Virus record (IMG/VR): IMGVR_UViG_3300016471_000088
Span: 1 to 39,242 of that record
Origin: a virus
Taxonomy: Duplodnaviria; Caudoviricetes
Length of the DNA: 39,242 bases
Reading direction: 5' to 3' (one strand)
Shown here: positions 35,079-39,242 of the stretch, piece after piece
Numbering within the stretch: position 1 is the stretch's first letter
How the letters are laid out: each line of letters opens with the position of its first letter
Made by a program: the position numbers and the translations under genes
Notes under the pieces: generated by a model
What the model was told of the DNA's origin: nothing
Seen by the model: only the letters and a program-made list of their open reading frames with translations
Database searches by the model: none

Positions 35079-35591
35079 CTAGCCCTTGCTGGCTGTCACC
35101 ACCAGATCGTGCTGGTAGCGGCCGGTGATTGCATAGGAGCGCTCTGGTGCGCCGCTCACCAGCATGAATTTGAGCTGGCCGATGCGCAGGCCAGGCCAGA
35201 TCGGCAGCGGATGCAGCTGGCGGCTGTTCTTGAGCTCCAGCGTCAGGCGGCCGCAATAGCCGGGGTCTGCCCAGCCGGCCTCGGCGTGGTCCCAGCCTTC
35301 GCGCGCGCGGCTGGATTTGAGCACGAACTGCGCGCCTAGGTGATCGGGCAGGTGAAAGATTTCGTGGGTTTCGCCCAGGAACCATTCGCCGGGGTAGACC
35401 AGAAACGGGTTCTCCCGGCTGTATTCGCACAGCCCGAGGATCTGCAGCTCAGGGCTGTCCTCCTGCTCGATCATGATCCGATCGCCAAGCCGCACGTCGA
35501 TGCTGGCCGGATTCAGCAGCTCGTCGGTGTATGGGGTGACCATGCCGTGCTGCTGACACAGCCGGCGGATCTCGTGGTCAGGAATCAGCAC
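35079..35591 (-). CDS. dcd: dCTP deaminase
   Basis: GTG start; IPDHEI, NPASIDVRLG, KSSRAREG, AGWADPGYCGRLTLEL, IGQL, GRYQ. Confidence 0.9.
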   Translation of the reverse strand: MLIPDHEIRRLCQQHGMVTPYTDELLNPASIDVRLGDRIMIEQEDSPELQILGLCEYSRENPFLVYPGEWFLGETHEIFHLPDHLGAQFVLKSSRAREGWDHAEAGWADPGYCGRLTLELKNSRQLHPLPIWPGLRIGQLKFMLVSGAPERSYAITGRYQHDLVVTASKG

Positions 35592-35598
35592 GCGGTCG

Positions 35599-36681
35599 TC
35601 AGTAATCCCAGCGCACCCTAGGGCTGCCCTTGCGGATGCCGCAATGCACGAAACCTTTGGGCGCGCCGTAGCCGAGCGAATACGGCCAGGTGCGATCGCA
35701 CCAATCCTGCACGTCGAAGATGTTTGCATTTTCTACAAAGAAGTCCACCGCGCCTTCGCCGATGGTGCTGTAAAGGTGCTCCGAGCTGCTGGCTCCGCCC
35801 ACCTGCCGGTTCACGGCCGGCGGCCTGAAGCCCGAGGTGATGACCACCGGCTTGCCGCCAAACTGCGCGCGCACCTTCTCGAGAAACTGTGCCAGCTTCA
35901 GCGCCGTGTCGCATTGGTGCTGGTGGTCAAAGCGGCGCGCCTCCTGATTGAGCGCGAACTCGCCGTAGGTGATGTGGGGCGTGATCTTGTGGCTGAACGG
36001 CGACTCCGGCGTGAACATCGCGTCGATCGGTCCGCTGGTCTGCCGTTCGCGACCCCATAGATCGCCCTCGGCGATCCGCCGGCGCTTCAGACCAGCCTCC
36101 ACGTTGGTGCCGGGGTTGCGATAGAGCAGCAGCGCATCGGGCACGCTTGCCCAATCTTTCTCGCGCAGCTTGGCGCTGATCGTCTCAAAGCCCTTCGAGC
36201 CGTAGAAGCCCGAGCCGAGGTTGTAGGCAAAACTGATCAGCGCGCACTTCTGGTTGTCGGCCATCGCCACCCAGAACGGCACGGTGCTGCGCAGCTTTTC
36301 GGCGATGCGATCCACCTCGAGCCGCAGCAGCATGTCGGCCTCGACCATGTTGAGCCGATCGCCCTTCTGCACCTTGCGGCCGTCGCTGTAGCGCGTGGTG
36401 CCGTAACCGATGGTCCAGGGATCGCCGCCACTGGCCGGGTCGGGGTAGGCGTCGAGGTGACAGCCCTCAAACATGCGGATGAGGTTGAGAGCCGCAGCCA
36501 GGTCCACCTGTTTGCCGTCTTGGCTCCAGGTGTTGAACCATGCCCGGTCGCGGCGCATGGCGGCCGCGTAGCCGTTGACGGCCAGATCCTGCTCGAGCTG
36601 GTTGATGCTGGCGAGCTGGTGGGGCAGCCCGCGATAGAACCGGAACAGCTGCTCCAGTGTGATCGGGGCGGCGTTGGCCAT
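35599..36681 (-). CDS. Endolysin: GH24 lysozyme + peptidase M15
   Basis: FEGC...YPD...WTIGYGTT, ALISFAYNLG, GLKRRRIAE; ITSGFRPPAVNRQVGGASSSEH...AVD...GFVH. Confidence 0.92.
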   Translation of the reverse strand: MANAAPITLEQLFRFYRGLPHQLASINQLEQDLAVNGYAAAMRRDRAWFNTWSQDGKQVDLAAALNLIRMFEGCHLDAYPDPASGGDPWTIGYGTTRYSDGRKVQKGDRLNMVEADMLLRLEVDRIAEKLRSTVPFWVAMADNQKCALISFAYNLGSGFYGSKGFETISAKLREKDWASVPDALLLYRNPGTNVEAGLKRRRIAEGDLWGRERQTSGPIDAMFTPESPFSHKITPHITYGEFALNQEARRFDHQHQCDTALKLAQFLEKVRAQFGGKPVVITSGFRPPAVNRQVGGASSSEHLYSTIGEGAVDFFVENANIFDVQDWCDRTWPYSLGYGAPKGFVHCGIRKGSPRVRWDY

Positions 36682-36684
36682 GGC

Positions 36685-36882
36685 TCAGCGTTTGACGAGC
36701 GGGGTGATGATGCCGGCCAGGATTTCGATCGCGCGGTAGGCCTTGACCACCATGCGGCTGTAGGTGTCGAGCGCTTCGTTGTCCTTCGGCGTCGGCGTCA
36801 GGTTGACGATGGCCACCGCCAGGCCGTGAGCGGCGATGGCGACGGTGACAATCTCAGGGATGTGGCGGAGCATGTGTTCCAC
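36685..36882 (-). CDS. Small membrane protein, holin-like
   Basis: Hydrophobic segment + IVNLTPTPKD; directly upstream of the endolysin. Confidence 0.55.
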   Translation of the reverse strand: MEHMLRHIPEIVTVAIAAHGLAVAIVNLTPTPKDNEALDTYSRMVVKAYRAIEILAGIITPLVKR

Positions 36883-36897
36883 GTCGGTCGCCCTAGG

Positions 36898-37131
36898 TTA
36901 GTTCCGCATTTCAAGAGCGCGCACACGCTTGTCGAGATCAGCAAGCTGCAAACGCGCGTCAGTTTTCAGTTCATCAACGGACTTTGCCATCTGCACGATG
37001 GTGGCCTCAATGCGTGCGGACTGCACCTGCATCGAGATGAGCAGCGCCCCGATGGCGACCATGCCAGCAGCCAGAGCAGCGGGGAGGGAGGCTGCAAACA
37101 GGCCGCTAACGGTGTTGGGTTCCTCCGCCAT
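36898..37131 (-). CDS. TM + coiled-coil protein (holin/XhlA-like)
   Basis: LPAALAAGMVAIGALLISM then DLDKRVRALE; lysis context. Confidence 0.55.
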   Translation of the reverse strand: MAEEPNTVSGLFAASLPAALAAGMVAIGALLISMQVQSARIEATIVQMAKSVDELKTDARLQLADLDKRVRALEMRN

Positions 37132-37288
37132 CGGGACGCCTGAGCTCGGTCCAATCGTAGCGATCGAAGGGATCAGGCCTCCCGGCCAGGATGGCAAGAG
37201 CGCGTCTGTAGTAGTGGTTCTCAGTCTGTCCAACACGCTCCAGGTGGTCGCGGATTTTGCGCCAGTTTTCGAGCGTGTCTCGGTCCAT
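37106..37288 (-). CDS. Small conserved cyanophage-type protein
   Basis: MDRDTLENWRKIRDHLERVGQTENHYYRRALAILAGRPDP; recalled resemblance to small cyanophage ORFs. Confidence 0.6.
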   Translation of the reverse strand: MDRDTLENWRKIRDHLERVGQTENHYYRRALAILAGRPDPFDRYDWTELRRPDGGGTQHR

Positions 37289-37425
37289 TACCTGCCCTGC
37301 CCTCTGAGCGGCTTGCGGCCGCGGCGGCGTGGGCGTGATTGCTGCCCATAGCCTTGGCGGGTGGTCTTAGGCGGACCGGGTTGATGCTCGATCCTGGCGG
37401 TGCCGGTTTTGCTGCGGACGGCCAT
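37288..37425 (-). CDS. Small basic protein ending in RGQGR (45 aa)
   Basis: Hand-translated MAVRSKTGTARIEHQPGPPKTTRQGYGQQSRPRRRGRKPLRGQGR; one-base overlaps with both neighbours. Confidence 0.75.
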   Translation of the reverse strand: MAVRSKTGTARIEHQPGPPKTTRQGYGQQSRPRRRGRKPLRGQGR

Positions 37426-38351
37426 CAGGATTCGTAGAAGATGTTGATGGAGCCAGCGTCAAAGGTATCGGTGCCGTTGACGGTGGTGATGCGGACGCGA
37501 TCAAGAGCGCCGCCCAACGTTGGGGAAACTCCGCCGCCGCCCATCATGTAATAGAAACCCGAAAGATTGAGTGTGATTGTAAAATTGGCGATCCATGTAT
37601 TGCCGCTGATGTTAAACAGAGACATCGCTCCATAACGAACGCCCGCAGCAGTTGGCGCACCAGAGTCAAACAGCAGGCCAGTGGTTGAGCTGTACCCGGC
37701 TTGGCCAACGCCGCCGCCAGACAAGCTCGACCCCGAAACGTAGTTGGTCGTGCTGAATGAACCAGATCCAACTTGAACCTGGATCAGTGATGCGCCGTTT
37801 GTGCTCACCCCGTTCATCATCACCGTGATCCGCTTCACCCCACTGGGGATGCTGGTGAAGTCGATGCTGGTGCCGCTGGTGCTGTTTTGAGCTGTGGCGG
37901 CTGTGATCAGTCCGTTGGTGGCTCGGTCGTAGGCGGTCTTCACGGCGTTAGCCGTAGCCGCCAGCGTCGTGCTGGTGGAGCTGGTTGAGTCGCTCAGCTG
38001 CACGATGCCAGCAGCCGATGTGGTGGCCGTTGGTTGCGCGCCGGCAAAAGTGATCGCGCCGGTCATCGTGCCGCCTGAGAGCGGCAACGCCGCAGCCGCC
38101 AGGTCGTAGGCCGACTTCACTGCGCTTGGCGTGGCGGCCAGGCTGGTGCTGGTGCTCGAGGTGCTGGTGCTCAGCTGCACCACGCCAGCGGCTCCAGTGG
38201 TGGCTGCACTCAGGCCTTTGGTGAGGTCACTGAGCGCTAGCTTCTTGTTCTGGTTGGATGCCAGCGCCTCGGTCAGATCCACCGCCGCCACAAGCGTGTT
38301 GGCGGTGGGTGCCGTGAGTGCCGTGAGGTCAGTAGTTTTGCGTGCGGCCAC
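37425..38351 (-). CDS. Tail fibre protein
   Basis: Two AG(V/I)VQLS.STSSTST.LAAT..AVK.AYD fibre repeats; LPLSGGTMTGAI; C-terminal STSGTSIDFTSIPSGVKRI...FDAGSINI domain. Confidence 0.85.
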   Translation of the reverse strand: MAARKTTDLTALTAPTANTLVAAVDLTEALASNQNKKLALSDLTKGLSAATTGAAGVVQLSTSTSSTSTSLAATPSAVKSAYDLAAAALPLSGGTMTGAITFAGAQPTATTSAAGIVQLSDSTSSTSTTLAATANAVKTAYDRATNGLITAATAQNSTSGTSIDFTSIPSGVKRITVMMNGVSTNGASLIQVQVGSGSFSTTNYVSGSSLSGGGVGQAGYSSTTGLLFDSGAPTAAGVRYGAMSLFNISGNTWIANFTITLNLSGFYYMMGGGGVSPTLGGALDRVRITTVNGTDTFDAGSINIFYES

Positions 38352-38368
38352 AATTCCTTAGGCGAAAG

Positions 38369-38644
38369 TCAAAGATGCTGCTGATACACAGCCAGCAGAT
38401 CGTCGTACGAAGCTGCCGCCACGATCTCAGCCTCGACCCGATCACACCGCTGCCGATGTTGCTCTCGCTCTTGGAGCACGTCATCAGTCAATGGCTTGCC
38501 GCTGGTAGGGTCAGCAGCCCGGATCACCTGCCAGTCAGTCTTGGCAAGAGCAGCAGCAAGGTTGGCCTTGTTGAGATACAAAAGGTCGGATCTAATCTGT
38601 TCGACCACACGAGGTTGACCGTTGGTTTCAAAGAATCGGTTCAT
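38369..38644 (-). CDS. Tail fibre assembly chaperone-like protein
   Basis: ALAKTDWQVIRAAD...R..R...E..I; directly after the tailspike. Confidence 0.6.
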   Translation of the reverse strand: MNRFFETNGQPRVVEQIRSDLLYLNKANLAAALAKTDWQVIRAADPTSGKPLTDDVLQEREQHRQRCDRVEAEIVAAASYDDLLAVYQQHL

Positions 38645-38653
38645 GAGCTTATG

Positions 38654-39242
38654 TTATGAGTTGGCAGAACGAGAAATCTCATACCAGTATGGGGTCCGAT
38701 AAATGAGTGTCAACGTGTCTCCTGCGGTAGACGTGAAGTTTGCGCCGCCAAGAAGGTAGGCGTTGCTGCGGTTTATTGTTGTGTTTGAGTCGTTGAAAAC
38801 GCAGGTGACAACTTGACCGTCTGTTGCGTCGTCTAGGTTTGTAATAGTAGTTGGTGAACTATTGTTAAACCATAGGGAGTTAAGCCCTCTAATACAGGGA
38901 GATGTATCCCCATTGGCGGCAGTGGCCAATGACGCAGTGACGAGTCCTCTTGGTGTTTGAGGAAGGCTGTCAATGACATTGCCAAATGCAGTAACGTTTG
39001 AGTACCCAGTAGCACCAGCTACCAAGGTGGCACCAGCAACAAGCGAGTTTCCGATCAGGGAGACACTTCTAGAGGTAACATTGTTGACAAAATTATACGA
39101 GCTGGCCAGCTGAACCGTGGTGACTCCAGAGATGATCACATCGGCCGCAGCCCAATTCAATCGGAACACTTGGCTTGTTGTGCTAGTGCCTGAAACATAT
39201 CCACCATAAACATTGATTCCACGCGCATCCGTAGTTCCAGAG
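38654..39242 (-). CDS. Tailspike / receptor-binding fibre, 3' part (continuation of 1121..1)
   Basis: Open to the window end and in frame with the 5' part: ...FLEVS-G-SGTTDARGINVYGG...FRLNW. Confidence 0.85.
   Translation of the reverse strand, partial: SGTTDARGINVYGGYVSGTSTTSQVFRLNWAAADVIISGVTTVQLASSYNFVNNVTSRSVSLIGNSLVAGATLVAGATGYSNVTAFGNVIDSLPQTPRGLVTASLATAANGDTSPCIRGLNSLWFNNSSPTTITNLDDATDGQVVTCVFNDSNTTINRSNAYLLGGANFTSTAGDTLTLIYRTPYWYEISRSANS

Noticed and set aside
37425-39242. Diversity-generating retroelement or invertible fibre cassette
   Set aside because: No reverse transcriptase or serine invertase, and no TR/VR pair or flanking inverted repeats seen; the fibre's internal repeat is a protein-level duplication.
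1-39242. Stop-codon reassignment, tRNA genes or terminal direct repeats
   Set aside because: Core genes are full length in the standard code; no cloverleaf noticed in the few intergenic gaps (not scanned computationally); the two window ends share no repeat.

Overview
The window looks like a complete, circularly permuted ~39.2 kb genome of a GC-rich tailed (siphovirus-type) phage. One tailspike-like ORF reads in frame across the 39242/1 junction. The minus strand carries the replication genes (SF2 helicase, VRR-NUC, Zn-finger/Toprim primase-helicase), a candidate iteron origin and a long late block. That block comprises gpZ-like, cos-like site, TerS, GpA-type TerL, gpW-like, lambda-type portal, fused protease-capsid, neck and fibre genes, tail tube, G/GT frameshift chaperones, tape measure, gpM/L/K/I/J, fibres, lysis genes and dCTP deaminase. 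The plus strand (27.2-35.0 kb) carries RecE/RecT-like genes, a Xis-like HTH, an HNH and many small ORFs, ending in an N-terminally deleted tyrosine integrase. Several small genes suggest a picocyanobacterial host (inference). Most notable: a non-canonical Hint domain (Cys...His-Asn, +1 Ala) at the N-terminus of tail tip protein J, flanked by duplicated (I/V)xGAG motifs that also end the ubiquitin-like domain of gpI next to the JAB/NlpC protease gpK. Also notable are a possible LxEDGD fibre-docking motif, a neck-fibre cassette, an NblA-like candidate and repeated HLR1-like promoter elements. All family assignments are by motif recognition; no searches were run.
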